A DNA stretch of 64,000 nucleotides from contig ML996692.1 of assembly GCA_010356995.1 (NCBI GenBank), positions 1,189,933 through 1,253,932 on the forward strand, given 5' to 3'. The notes beneath the pieces are model-generated. The model did not search any database. It was not told where the DNA came from and was given only the letters and a program-made list of their open reading frames with translations. Shown here piece after piece: positions 1 to 11,385 of the stretch. Within the stretch, counting starts at the first letter, position 1; each line of letters opens with the position of its first letter. Source of the stretch: Trichodelitschia bisporula (taxonomy: Eukaryota). The position numbers and the translations under genes are program-made.

Positions 1-794
1 GTGTAGGGAGCGCAGTTCGTCTACGTGATATGGGGAGGTGTCCATCGCATCCCCCGCGAAGCCCGCTAACGCAGCCGTGGATCGGAACTGAGAAGCAGTA
101 CCGGCAACTATTACTCCAGGCTCAGCCCACTGCCATCCGCCCCGTTACCACCCGGGCCGGGTGAAGGGACCCCGTTCTCGGTTGAGCCGCGTGTGCCCCC
201 CCGGCTCGCTTCGGTTACTGTAGCCGTGGTGATGTAGACACAGGAAGGAGCATCCAGACTTTGGGAAGGGACGGTTGTGCTCTGGAAAGGAGCATACCTG
301 CGTGGGGAAGTGGTGGGGGAGATGATGCAAGGAGCGCTGGAGGACAAGTATATCTTGACGTGAGCGGCCCTGTCACTCTCCTCTCGCTTCTTTTCTTCAC
401 CATCTTTTGCAATGCTTTCACACTGTACTTGTTTCCTTTGCCAGTGCATTCAGCCGTGCCCCCATTAACATGTCCCGTACGTAGCCCGACGTTTGACTCG
501 ACCAGAATCAGCCTTTACCGGGCCATCGGGGATACGCCTACTTGGAGACGCAGGCGCAACGGCTCTGAAGACCGAAGCAATGATGAAGCGACAAACACGA
601 CGACGGCGACGATTCTAAACACTGGACTCCTATATTGGGTATACGCAAAGACAGCAGCAAAGCGACCTCAACCACGCCAGGCCTAACCACTCGCTACAAC
701 GCGACCAACGAAAAGACACTACGCCTCGCTCCCAAGCTCCCAATTCGCAAGTAAAACCACCAGCACCGAGATCTCTGCCTCCTCCGTCCTCCCT

Positions 795-2861
795 TCAACT
801 CATCCCTTTGCCCTCCCAAACCCTCCGCCGTGCAACCTCCAAGGCATCAAGCCACTCCAAGCACTGAAATCCCCCTGCAAACCCAAACTCATGTTCATAA
901 TCTCTCGTACTGACACTGAGCACAGCAACATGCTTCGCCTTCCCCGCACGATGACGCGTCTCTACCGCGGCCGGCGTAACGGCCACACTACTAACATCGA
1001 CTAGCATAATCTAGGTCGTTAGCTTCCCTTCAACCCATCATCTGGAAACTCAACTCACTACACAATAAACCTGATACCTCCTCTTCCCGCCTCCTTGCCT
1101 AGGCAACCCACACAGCACCAACGCCCCACTCAACAGTACTCCATGACACCCACTCCACCGTCCCCCCGCAGTCCGCCACCTCACATCCCCTCTCACCAAA
1201 ACCCCTTGCCTCGGTGCATCCAGTTCCAGCAAGGGAATCATCCGCCGCAAACTCGGCGGGAACATAACTTCTCCAACTACATCACTCATATCCCGCGCGC
1301 CGTACGCGCCTAGCGCCCCGGAGTCTCGCACACCGTCCCACCCCGCCAGCAGTGCTGCTTCTGCACCCCGGACTAGCGCGCGCACCCCGGATCGCGCATT
1401 ATCGACTTCCACCCCAGACCCGGCGACATCAAGCACGGCTAGTAAGGAGCGGATGTGCGCGAGTGGGGCGCGCTGCGCCGCAAGCTGCGCCGCGAGCCGC
1501 GCAAAAGACCCATCCCCGCCAGCCTCCCGCGGTAGCTGGCGCAAGTAGCCCTCGTACGCGGGAGCCAGTGCCGGTGCCGCGGCGGCCAGAACCGAGAGCG
1601 CAGCCGCGCCGTCCGCGGCTACGGTCAGGGGGGCGAGGAGGTACTCGCAGTGCGCGGAGGCAAGGGGCGCGGGCGGGTCGAAGGCACGTTCTAGCATAAG
1701 CAGGCGGTGACGGATGTCCGGGGGAGGTGGGTCAGTAGAGAAGGAAGATGTGATGGGGGCCGGGGCGGAGGAAGCGGTGGGGAGGCGGGAGGCTGCGCCG
1801 AGGACGTATGCTGCTTTTAGGGGAAGGCCTGTACCGCTGTGGCGGGCGGGGGAGGAGGTGCGGCTACTGGCGGGGGAAGTGGGGCGGGAGCTGACTGTGG
1901 TGGGCGGCGGGGAGGAGGGGATGCTGTCGAGATTATTGAGTACCGGCTTGGTGGCGGGTTTGTGCAGCGTCACTGCGCTGGCTTCGGCTTCGAGGGCCGT
2001 GGATACGGTGTCCAGCGCCGAGGGCGCGTCGCGGGCCGAGAACTCAGGGTCCAGACCCGACGGCGCGGGAACGGCATCGGAGGACCGCAACGTAGGCTCT
2101 GGGGTTGCGATCCAGATATCGGGCGTGCGAGGCGGCGGCGAGCGGTTGGTCGCCATGGCGCGCCGGTAGACGGTCGAGCGTAGGATCGTGGTGTCGAAGT
2201 CGAATGCGGCTACTGGAGAGAGGGGAGATTCGGGCGCCGGCTCGCCGACTGACGCCAAAATCTCGACGTCGGGAAAGGAGATGGTGAGGCAGGCGCGCGC
2301 GCGGGTTGAGGCGTGGGTTAGGGCCCCTTGGGCATGAGTGAGGAGTTGCCGTTTTGCGATGGGTGATTCACTATGGGCGTTAGTTGGTGAGGGTGATATG
2401 GTTTGAGGGGAGGGCGCCGGGACACACGCTTCAAGGGCGCCGATGAGGAGACCCAGTGTATTCTGTTGCTCGCGGATTTGCGCGAGCAGCTGGGTCATTA
2501 CCCCGGTTCGCCATGGGCCGGGCACGGCTGCGGCGCCGGCGAGGGTGTAGACTTCGTGCTCGAGGCACGCGTAGGTGATGTGCCCGGCTTGGAAGGCGGC
2601 ATTGAGGGCGGGTGGGAGAGCGGATGTCAGGGCCGGGTCGGCGAGGGCGGAGTGCAGGTCTGCGATGGTGGTGCCGCGGAGAAGGGAGCTCTGTAGTTGG
2701 GCGAGCTGCGCGCCTAGGGCGGTGGTTTCGGCGACGATGTGGGCGGTTGTTTGGTGCGCGGCGGGGGGGAGGGCGGGGGCGAGGGTGCGTAGGGTAAGGG
2801 CTGTGGTTAGGGTGGTGGTGAGGAGGGTGGTTAGGGGGAGGGTTGTTGTTAGAGGGTCCAT
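795..2861 (-). CDS. Protein with fungal helical N-terminal domain plus degenerate RhoGEF (DH-PH)-like C-terminus
   Basis: ATG at 2861 (MDPLTTTL). Probable introns 2371-2427 (in frame) and 1011-1058 join ORF 1050..3224 to ORF 795..1007. C-terminus resembles the Tus1/Rom-type DH-PH region (HCEYLLAPL, LELDAPRQGVLVRGD, HGVLLSGALVL, EWLDAL helix). Confidence 0.55.
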
Positions 2862-4201
2862 TGTTAGGACGATGTGGGAGGGAGGGGAGGCATAAGAGGG
2901 AGGAGAGGAGAGGAGGAGCGGAGGACGGGGAGGGGGAGGGATGAAATGGTGGAGGTGGAGGTGGAGGAGGCTAGAAGATGAGATGTGGTGGAGATAAGGC
3001 TGAGATGCTTGACGTTGGCTGGTTCCGATTGAGATGGAGCAGAGCACGCAAGGCTCTAGTTCTACGATCGATACCACGCCCTCGTGGTGTCTCGGTCCAT
3101 GTTGCTGTCCTTTTGGATTGCAATTCTCCACTGCTGCTTCCTCCACCTCTTCTCCTCCTCCCCCTCCTCCTGCTGCTGCATTGCTGTGCCGCCACGAGTT
3201 TGCGCATAGTTCCCTGTCCACCATAAGCCCTGCATATCAGCCACACAAACGCACACCCCAAACTGGCAAACTCGACGCAGTGTGGAGAGTCATGGCGTAC
3301 AGCACCGTACTGCGTAGAGGCAGCCTGATAAACCCGTAACCTCGGCCTCTTTCTTCTCTCTGCCCGATCTCCAGCAAACTCAGGCATATGAATCTGGAAT
3401 AACGCCTAGTTCTAGTTCTAGTTCTAGGGGACCCCCACATTCCTCACGACGTCAACCGCATGCCCCTAGGAGCTCCTACGGTTGCACCGCCGGGCCCTTC
3501 CCCCACTTTGGTGAAACGGCTCCGGACTGCGAGGGCCGTGCTGAGGTGGCGTTTTGAAGGATCTCTTGGATAATTAGCACGCGCGCCAGTGCGGCGGCCA
3601 GGGCTGATGCGGAGGATTGAGGGCTTGGGGGGGGGGGGGAGAAGTTGTGGCATCCCCTCCAGATCGAAGGCTATGCGGAGAAAGTCAGGTCACCACCGTG
3701 ATAGTCTCTGCTTCTTACTCAGCGAAAGCCCTGGCCAGAGACAGCCATGACTTTATGGGGCAGGACATATCTTTTTTCGCATCGCCTTGAGCCTTTGCGT
3801 ACCTCGTTGGAAAGCAGAGACATGACTACGGAGGTAAAGTGTAGCGATGAGAATCTATCGTGGAGGTGGATTTTATCACACGGTACGTCAGGTGATGCAT
3901 GAGGCTCGGCTGCGGGGTAAGGTGACCGCGGGGAATTGTTCTACTAGTGCTACCGTATATAAAAGAACCATAGCTCCTCCCACTCTCTACCTGTGCACGA
4001 GTCTTCTTCTCTGCTCAGAATACCAGCAAAGAGAACCCAGCTACGCAAGCGCAAAGATTCCCATGCGCAGTAGGGAGCGGGTACAGCAACCTTTTCACCT
4101 ATACTTCGTCCCAGAGTGCGAATGGTCCGGACGGTACTATTATATACCGTAGGAATTAGCTATTTACCCCTATTTCTCAATTCAATATGCATACCTCGAG
4201 A

Positions 4202-4543
4202 TTATGAAGACAAGCGTAAACCGTCCGAGCCTTCATCCGGTATGCCTCCACCTCGTCGAGCGTGCATTGAACGGCGCTTTGCCAGATCTGCGGAACAAGT
4301 ATGCAAATCCGCAGCGTATTCTATACAATCACCAAGGGCCTCAGTATAACGCGTCCGAGTAGGCTCTTGCGAATCCTCAAGCCAAGTCATCGAATCGGAG
4401 AGCATTGTGAATAATTCCTCGGTCTGGAGCACGAAGTCGTACGGTTTTCTTTCTTTCTCATTTTCCCGGTAAATAATCGTGCGATATATCGCATTGCACG
4501 ATTTATAGAGGTCAGTAATCTGGTCCGAAAGCTCTTCCGGCAT
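4202..4543 (-). CDS. Orphan 113-aa helical protein; most intact copy of the array
   Basis: ATG-initiated ORF MPEELSDQITDL..KPYDFVLQTEE..DLAKRRS, clearly homologous to the 5908-6274 copy. Confidence 0.5.
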   Translation of the reverse strand: MPEELSDQITDLYKSCNAIYRTIIYRENEKERKPYDFVLQTEELFTMLSDSMTWLEDSQEPTRTRYTEALGDCIEYAADLHTCSADLAKRRSMHARRGGGIPDEGSDGLRLSS

Positions 4544-5487
4544 GATAGCGATGGGTGCGTACGGTAGTACGGTGGGTAAAGTGTGAAGATGAGAATCTAT
4601 CGTGGAGGTGGGTTTTATCGCACGGTACGTTTGGTGATGTCATGAGGCTGAGCTGCGGGGTTCTGCGGTGAGGTTGCACAGGAACGACCAGTACTACGGT
4701 ACGGAGTGCACAACGGCATACAGAAAGGAGATAACTCCTCCTACCCTCTATTTGTGCACGAGTCTCTCCTCAGCATCATAAGAGGCGAATAAACAGGACC
4801 AAGCCACGCAAGCAGCGTGAAGATTCCCATGCCATGCGCAACGGGACCGAGCGCGGCGACCCTTTCACCTAGAACTACCCGTAGCCCTTTGCCTAAGGGT
4901 GCGAAGGGTACCGAGGGCGAAGGGCTTCCTATAACATATACCGTAGCAATTAGCTACATATTCACCCCAGATTTCTCAATTGAATAGGTATACCTCGAGA
5001 TCATTAAGCCAAGGTTGAAACCCAGCAGCTATCGCGTGCCATGCCCGCAACTCGTAGTTCGAACATGAAATGAGTTTAGCCAGATCTGTGGTAAACGTAT
5101 GAAGCCATGCAGCGCTCGTTACACACCCGGTGAGGCGCGGAGCGAAAATCTTCCAGGTAGGATCTTGCGGGTCCTTGAGCTCCTGCGAGTCTTAAGACGC
5201 GGAACTCAGAGAGTCCCGGGGCCCGCGGGCACAAGTACAAACCATACCCAGCACCTCCTGCTGCTATCCCCAACAATACTTCCCCAAGGCCCACTGGTGC
5301 CTACCGCCTACCATGTCAAGGTAGGCTCCTTCTAGAACTAGCCATTCTGGCCCTTGCGCCACGATGCAAGAGTTTAGAACCATCATACAACGCTCCGAAG
5401 GTACGCCACGAAGGGAGCGGGGGAAACCCAGGTCTTTCGGCGAACGCCTACAACATACCGTAGGTATTAGCCATGTGCCCATCTTTC

Positions 5488-5895
5488 TTAATGAAATAGG
5501 TATACCTCGAGATCAGGAAGAGGGCTGGTAAGCTTGCCAACCATCGGCAACCATATACACGTCTCGTCGAGCGTACACGAACCGCGTGTGGCGGGATCCA
5601 CCGTATAAGTATGAAGCCCCTCCGCCTTCTTTATACATTCAGTGACGTGCGGAGCGAAAGTCTTCCGAGCCTCTCGCGAATCTTCATTCCATTCGCGAGT
5701 TACTCGCACGGTGCGAATGGCTTTGACGGGACGTAAGAGCCGATCCAGCAGGCGGGGACAGAATTCAGGGGGGGTCCACGAAGTCGGACAGCATCTTGAG
5801 TATTTCCTCGATCTTGAGCACAAAATCGTATGGTTGCTTCTGGCGGGAGTTTACCGCGCCGCGTATTTTGTAAGCAAGCGCATAGCAGTTCTGAG
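5488..5895 (-). pseudogene. Frameshifted paralog of the 4202-4543 ORF
   Basis: RQKQPYDFVLKIEEILKMLSDF lies in one frame and ends in a stop; HVTECIKKAEGLHTYTVDPATRGSCTL lies in another frame. Confidence 0.6.
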
Positions 5896-5907
5896 CTAGA
5901 CTCTCAA

Positions 5908-6274
5908 TCAGAAGGGCATACGTACCTTAAGTAAGAAAACTTCGAACGAAGGCCTAGCACCCAGTCTCTTCCATATCCCCAGCTCGCCCAAGGTACATGA
6001 ACGGCGTTTGGCCAGATCCACGGTACAAGTATAAAGGTTCGCGGTATGCCTCACACAATTGGTAAGGCGAGCAATGTAGAAATTCAAAGTAGGCTCTTGC
6101 AAATCTTCAAGCGCAAGCGTGAAATCGACGAGCACCGTGAATATTTGCTCCATCTCGAGCACATAGTCGTACGGTTGCTTCTTCTCAAAGTATACTTTCG
6201 CGTCTGCCGTGTGATAAAGCCCAAAAGCACCACTCAGCGAGTTCCACAATCCGCTCTGTAAGCTCTTCCGACAT
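5908..6274 (-). pseudogene. Frameshifted paralog of the 4202-4543 ORF
   Basis: ATG at 6274 gives MSEELTERIVELAEWCF, then a frameshift at a T-run near 6225 into the frame with KQPYDYVLEMEQ..DLAKRRS. Confidence 0.65.
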
Positions 6275-7114
6275 GAAGGATGGCGATGAATTCGTAGCAA
6301 AGGGTAACGATGAGAGATGCAAAGGGTAACGATGAGAGATGCAAAGTTGAGGTGCGTTTATCGTATGTCTGGTGCTACTGTAGTATGAGGCCCCGGAGGC
6401 TTAGCGGGGCTCTAACACTGCCACACTCCCTCAATCCTCGCGTTCCAGACCAATGGCGCCACTCCGGGGCGCGGATGCGCGCGACGATCCGCGGGTGCTC
6501 GTGCGCGGGGGAGCGGGAGCGTGAGCTTACCCCAACGTCCTCATCGTAGTCCACATGGTCGCTTGCTCCCGTTCGGCTGGCCTGCCGCTTTCTTTCCCAC
6601 ACAGTACACTTAGTATATAGAAGATACTGACGCCGTCGATACCCGCCCGGTACCTACCCTCGAGATCCTCCCTCCCCGTCGACCTTTCAAGGAAACTGTA
6701 ACCGGGATTTTTTCAGCCTTCTCCGTTATCCGTGTTTGAGGTCGCCGGCCTGCGGACCCGGTTCGGCCATTTGCCCGCCTGGGCACTGCACCGCGATACG
6801 GCACACCGGTCCAATCTGCAGTGTCGGGCTACGCCGTGCGTCGTCGCTGCCTGCCTGCCCTGAGTCGGCGTGCATGGCATGGCGAGGCATGGCGAGTGCA
6901 GCCAAGCGGTCGTCGGGGTTCGTGGGACAGTATCGTGGGACAGTATCGTGGCGCAAGCACCACGAACTTCAATGGCATGCAATGCAAGCAGTTCCGTTCG
7001 AAAACACAAGCCCAGGGAAACACCCCACGCATCATCGCTATTTTTGTCAAAGTAAACACACATCATACCGACGTCTTTGCACACCACACCCCCCTCCCAT
7101 CCCCCAAACCACAC

Positions 7115-9679
7115 TCACACAACCCCCTCCACCCTCCTCAAAAACTCCCTCACCCTACCAACATCATGCTCCCCCTCACTCTCCACCGCCAAAACAAGCT
7201 GCCAAATAACCCCATCAACATGCTCCTCCGGCACCCCCGTACACAACGCAATAACCTTGCGATACTTCCCCTCCAACTCGCTATCCCTCGCCCTTAACGT
7301 GGTCAAATGCGCCGCGAGCCGCGAGTTCAGCGCATTGTACCCAAACACCCACGCTTGGAGCTGCGCCGGGTTCTGCGCGCCCTCCTCCGGGGCCGCGAAC
7401 TCGGCGTCCGCATCGCCGATGCGCAATGGCGGACCGGGGGATGGACGCGCGCGCTCGCTCATTTCGCCGATTGCGCGGCGCAGGTTGGCGAGCTTCTGTT
7501 TGCGCTCCGAGCGCCGCCGGAGCTGGGATTGGAGTTTTTCGACTTGTTGCGACAGGGCCTTTTGCTGTGCTGATAGCTCGCGGATCTGGTGCGTGTGCCC
7601 GTCGATGCGGTCTTGGATAAGACGCATTTCGGCGCTGAATTGCGAGTGCGTCTCGGTAAGTGATGACGTAAGAGCTGCTTGCGTTAGCATCGTGTATATA
7701 GCAAATAGGTAAGGGGCAAACCCACAAGGCACCATCTCGCGACTCGTCTCCTCAACCTTACTCGCCGTCCTTTGCCTCCCAGGACTATCCACATGCACCG
7801 CCCCCCGATTCCCTTCATTCTCCGCCTCGCCCCCGACGCCAAAATCCACCGGCCGCAGTCCCTTATAATTCGGTATGTTTGGGTCGGCCTGAACTTCCAG
7901 CAGCTGCTGTATGATACTCCGGTTCCCGATCCGCGCCACCAGGTTCAGCGCCGTGTTGCCCGCCATGTCGCGCGCGTTCACCATCTCGCTCATGAACCGC
8001 ATCAAGCCAATCGGCTTCGCCATCGCGCTGTCGCTGCCAGCTCCGCCCGCGATCTGCGACGAAGGCGCGCTGTTGCTGCGGACGAGGAACTCGAGGAGGG
8101 CTTCCAGGTAGTATTTCGACGAGGCGGCGCGGCCCTTGATCCCGCAGGCTACGGCGATGTGGTGCAGGATGGTCCGGCCCTTGGCGTCGCGCACTTCGAT
8201 CAGTGGTGCTAGGATCTCGAGGAGTTCCGGGAAACAGCTGTGGTCGAGGTTGTTGTTGACCGTCACGGCGGACATGAGCGGTGTTTCGCCCGCGATGTTA
8301 CCGCGGAAGATGCTCGCGCCCTTGGAAATAAGCAGCCGCATCAGCGGCACGCGCGCGAGCGTCGCCGCCCAGTGCAGCGCCGTGTTCGCAGACTGGTCGA
8401 GCGGGATATCCAGCTCCGCACCAGAGAGCTGCAGGATAGCAGCATGGGTCGAATAATCCGTCCGCGCGATATCCGAAAACAAATCCAGAATAAGCGCCTG
8501 CTTCTCCTCCGTGCGCTTATCCCCCGGATGTGGCAGCGGCGGCAACGCACTCGGCACCTCGCCATCCGCCGTCGCCAAATGCTGGTAATGCGCCGCCTGA
8601 TGGTAGATAAACGAGTCTGCGGCCTCGGTCGGCGTCCCGTCGCGCCCGTCCATACCGTTCACCTGCGAGAAAGATCCACCGGGACTGCCCTGCCGCAGCC
8701 GCTTGCGCGGCGGCTCAGCCGCCTCGTCCACCAGCCCGCTCACCGCGTACCCCGCGTCGCTGGCCCCGCCGAAGCTACGCTCCGATGCCATGCTCGTCAT
8801 GCTCTGGAAGGACTCCTGCGTGCCCATGAGGGACTGCTGGCTCGAGCGCGGGGGGCCGGGCATGCGGCGCTGGGCGCTGCTAGGGCGGGGTGCGGGGGAG
8901 TTGAGGCGCGCGGCTTTATTCATTGCGGCGAGGGCGTTGGACGCAGTCGACGAGATGTTGGAGAAAAACGTCCCGGCCGAGCCCTGGTTTGGCCGGCCGT
9001 CGAGGGTCTGGGTGTAGAAGCGTTTGCGATTTGCGGCCATGGCTTGCTCCTTCGTCGGGGTGTCGACGCCGTGGCCCGGCTGGCCGCTGCCGTCGGCACT
9101 CATGTCGTAGTCCAGAAGTGGCCGGAGGATTTCCTCGACGCCGTACTGGCGGCAGAATTCGCGGCCGCGGCGGTAGTTGATCCACGTCCCTTGGTACTTG
9201 CCGTAACCGCCTTGCACCTTTTCGTGCTCGCCCGTCAGAATCTCTTTCTCCAGCACCTTGGTTCGCTTCCCCTTGTCCACACCTGCGACCTTGAGAATCT
9301 GTGTTGCGTTGAGCCAGGAGTCAGAGCGCCGGCGCATGACTGCGATGCCGTTGACCTCCATCTCGTAGACCGAGACGCCGGAGTAAAGCGCGGTGTAGAT
9401 CTGCGGGCTCTGGCTCATGGGGTGCGGCACCTGGCCGTTGACGTCGTAGCGGTAGTTCATCTGCTGTTGTTGCTGTTGTTGCTGTTGTTGCTGCTGCTGC
9501 TGCGGCTGAGCGTACATGACCTGACCCGGCTGGCTCGAAAACGAGGGCGCGCGCCCGTCAAAGCTGTGCATCTGCATGTTCGTCGGGGTTTGCATGCGCT
9601 CGATGTTCGAATTATTGCTGCTAGTGCGCGAAAATGGCGGCGGGGGTATTTGCATGCTATTGTCGATCACGGCCGACAT
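7115..9679 (-). CDS. swi6: APSES/KilA-N plus ankyrin-repeat cell-cycle transcription factor (Swi6/Cdc10/Res-type MBF subunit)
   Basis: KilA-N motif MRRRSDSWLNATQILKVAG..HEKVQGGYGKYQGTW; ankyrin repeats NTALHWAATLA and GNTALNLVARIG; C-terminal coiled coil; polyQ; in-frame intron 7675-7725. Confidence 0.9.
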   Translation of the reverse strand: MSAVIDNSMQIPPPPFSRTSSNNSNIERMQTPTNMQMHSFDGRAPSFSSQPGQVMYAQPQQQQQQQQQQQQQQMNYRYDVNGQVPHPMSQSPQIYTALYSGVSVYEMEVNGIAVMRRRSDSWLNATQILKVAGVDKGKRTKVLEKEILTGEHEKVQGGYGKYQGTWINYRRGREFCRQYGVEEILRPLLDYDMSADGSGQPGHGVDTPTKEQAMAANRKRFYTQTLDGRPNQGSAGTFFSNISSTASNALAAMNKAARLNSPAPRPSSAQRRMPGPPRSSQQSLMGTQESFQSMTSMASERSFGGASDAGYAVSGLVDEAAEPPRKRLRQGSPGGSFSQVNGMDGRDGTPTEAADSFIYHQAAHYQHLATADGEVPSALPPLPHPGDKRTEEKQALILDLFSDIARTDYSTHAAILQLSGAELDIPLDQSANTALHWAATLARVPLMRLLISKGASIFRGNIAGETPLMSAVTVNNNLDHSCFPELLEILAPLIEVRDAKGRTILHHIAVACGIKGRAASSKYYLEALLEFLVRSNSAPSSQIAGGAGSDSAMAKPIGLMRFMSEMVNARDMAGNTALNLVARIGNRSIIQQLLEVQADPNIPNYKGLRPVDFGVGGEAENEGNRGAVHVDSPGRQRTASKVEETSREMVPCGFAPYLFAIYTMLTQAALTSSLTETHSQFSAEMRLIQDRIDGHTHQIRELSAQQKALSQQVEKLQSQLRRRSERKQKLANLRRAIGEMSERARPSPGPPLRIGDADAEFAAPEEGAQNPAQLQAWVFGYNALNSRLAAHLTTLRARDSELEGKYRKVIALCTGVPEEHVDGVIWQLVLAVESEGEHDVGRVREFLRRVEGVV

Positions 9680-10083
9680 TGGTGTCGCGTTGCGGGTGTG
9701 CGTGGGGGTTGTTGAGACGGCGTGCGAATGGGTCACGGATTGCGCATTCGACGCGCCTTCGGCTGTTTGCTGTATGTGGGGTTCGAGGACCGAGGTGTTG
9801 CAGCGCGATCTCGACGGCGCGATAACTTGTCGCGCGAGGGTAGCGATGATTCGCACGTTATAGCGGCCGTTTGGTGTGTGGTGGTGGTCCTTGGTGGAGT
9901 AGGGGGAGGTTGGCGGCAGTGCGATGGGGCGGATTCGCGTAGAGTTCAACACGGCCAACGAGAGTAGTAAGGGAACGCGTGAGATTATCCCAGCCTTGGC
10001 GTGTTCAACCCCACGAACCCCCACTGCCCATCACTTTCCACCACTTCCATCCCATATCATATGCATCCCTATGCATCTCCCCA

Positions 10084-11385
10084 ATGCCGCTCACCATCAC
10101 TTCCCGCACCGAGTACCGCCAGATCTTCACCTCGGTCTTCCGGAGCCTGCTACGTGAAGCCAGCTATCTCCCAGACTCAGTAGCACGGAACGAGACCAGA
10201 AACCTGATAGTCAAGCGCTTCCGCAAGCACAGCGGCCGCGACAAGCTACGCCTCTACAATGCCTTCCACTCGTCCCCCTACACCGAATCCTCCCGGACGG
10301 CCCTCGATGAGCACGTCCGGAAGTGCTACAAGAGCCTGCGTGTACTACAGCGCGCCAACGCCGGCGAGCGGCGGTCCCTGCTGAAGATTCTGTACCGCGC
10401 CTACGGGCGCATCGGGCCCCGCAGCCGCGCCCTCATGACTCCCCTCCTCCAACCCGACGACGCGCCCGCAAACTCCTCCACCCTCGAAGCCGCCCTCGCT
10501 GCTCTGCGCGTCTCAGACAAAGTCCCAGACACCAGCATATCCGCCGCCGTCTACTCGCAGGTCCCATCCACCCACCCCAACAACCTCGAATTCGACATCT
10601 CGCCGCGCTACGCCCGGCTCAAGGCCCTAGCCGACTGGCACGTCAACAACCCCCCACCAGACCTGGTCCGCGGCAAAGTGCGAAGAACCGAAGTCCTCAT
10701 CCCCGCGACGAACAACTGGTCGCGCCCCACACCGCGCTGCCGCGTGCGTAACATCGTGCACGCCAAATTCACCGACCTGCTGAACCGGCTCCTCCCTCCG
10801 CTGCCGGAGCACGAGGTCCAGCGGCTGCGCGGGCTGGTCGAAGGGACGATTCCCTGGGAAGGAGTACCCGAGCTACGCGCACGGCCCGGCGGCGGTAAGC
10901 CCGCGAGCCTGACGAACTACGACGTCGAGAAGCTGCTCACCGTCGGCGTCGGCACGCAGTACCTCGATACACTTCTCCGCGCAAATCAACTCCCAACGAC
11001 AGGCACCAAGGAGGAAAAACTCCTCGCCCTGACCGGCGGCAGCAACAGCAGGGGCTACTTCCGCATGCCAGACCTGTGGCTCGCGAACCCCGAGGCCGTC
11101 CAGCGAGGGATGGAGGACGTGCTGATGGACGAGCTGGGGATTATCCGGATCCAGAAGAAGGTACCGGGCATTACGCGTGGACATGTCATCACATCCCGGT
11201 TCATGCGTCGCCTGTGGGCTATGATACTTAGCCAATCGCCCTTGCTGTCGTGGGACGCGAAGGCGGGCCGCTGGCGTGTGACTGTGGGCTCACAGTTGGG
11301 CTCCTCGCAGCGGAATAAGCGGCCTGCGCCGGCGGTGCTTGCCCCCTTGTTCCAGGGGCCTGAGAAAGCGGCGGCGACGACGTGA
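10084..11385 (+). CDS. LYR-motif-like, probably mitochondrial, protein
   Basis: Long ORF with N-terminal VFRSLLREASYLPD..IVKRFR (LYR-like); basic composition; RFMRRLW motif near the C-terminus. Confidence 0.65.
   Translation: MPLTITSRTEYRQIFTSVFRSLLREASYLPDSVARNETRNLIVKRFRKHSGRDKLRLYNAFHSSPYTESSRTALDEHVRKCYKSLRVLQRANAGERRSLLKILYRAYGRIGPRSRALMTPLLQPDDAPANSSTLEAALAALRVSDKVPDTSISAAVYSQVPSTHPNNLEFDISPRYARLKALADWHVNNPPPDLVRGKVRRTEVLIPATNNWSRPTPRCRVRNIVHAKFTDLLNRLLPPLPEHEVQRLRGLVEGTIPWEGVPELRARPGGGKPASLTNYDVEKLLTVGVGTQYLDTLLRANQLPTTGTKEEKLLALTGGSNSRGYFRMPDLWLANPEAVQRGMEDVLMDELGIIRIQKKVPGITRGHVITSRFMRRLWAMILSQSPLLSWDAKAGRWRVTVGSQLGSSQRNKRPAPAVLAPLFQGPEKAAATT

Larger units (their letters stand above)
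3846..6375 (-). repeat. Diverged tandem array of an orphan gene unit (about 4 coding copies plus repeated flanks)
   Basis: Flank gatgagaatctatcgtggaggtgg..ttttatc at 3846 and 4588, with a related motif at 6310-6375. tacctcgagat at about 4192, 4991 and 5503. Recurring peptide motifs K.PYD(F/Y)VL and DLAKRRS. Confidence 0.8.

Noticed and set aside
1..700. Short ORFs and a gctaac..cag acceptor-like site near 65-74
   Set aside because: No recognisable protein in any frame; context is cut by the window edge.
8240..9715. 491-aa plus-strand ORF
   Set aside because: Antisense shadow of the GC-rich swi6 CDS; no motifs.
9680..10024. N-terminal extension of the 969-aa ORF
   Set aside because: Starts at a non-ATG codon and runs through the promoter; ATG 9679 is more plausible.
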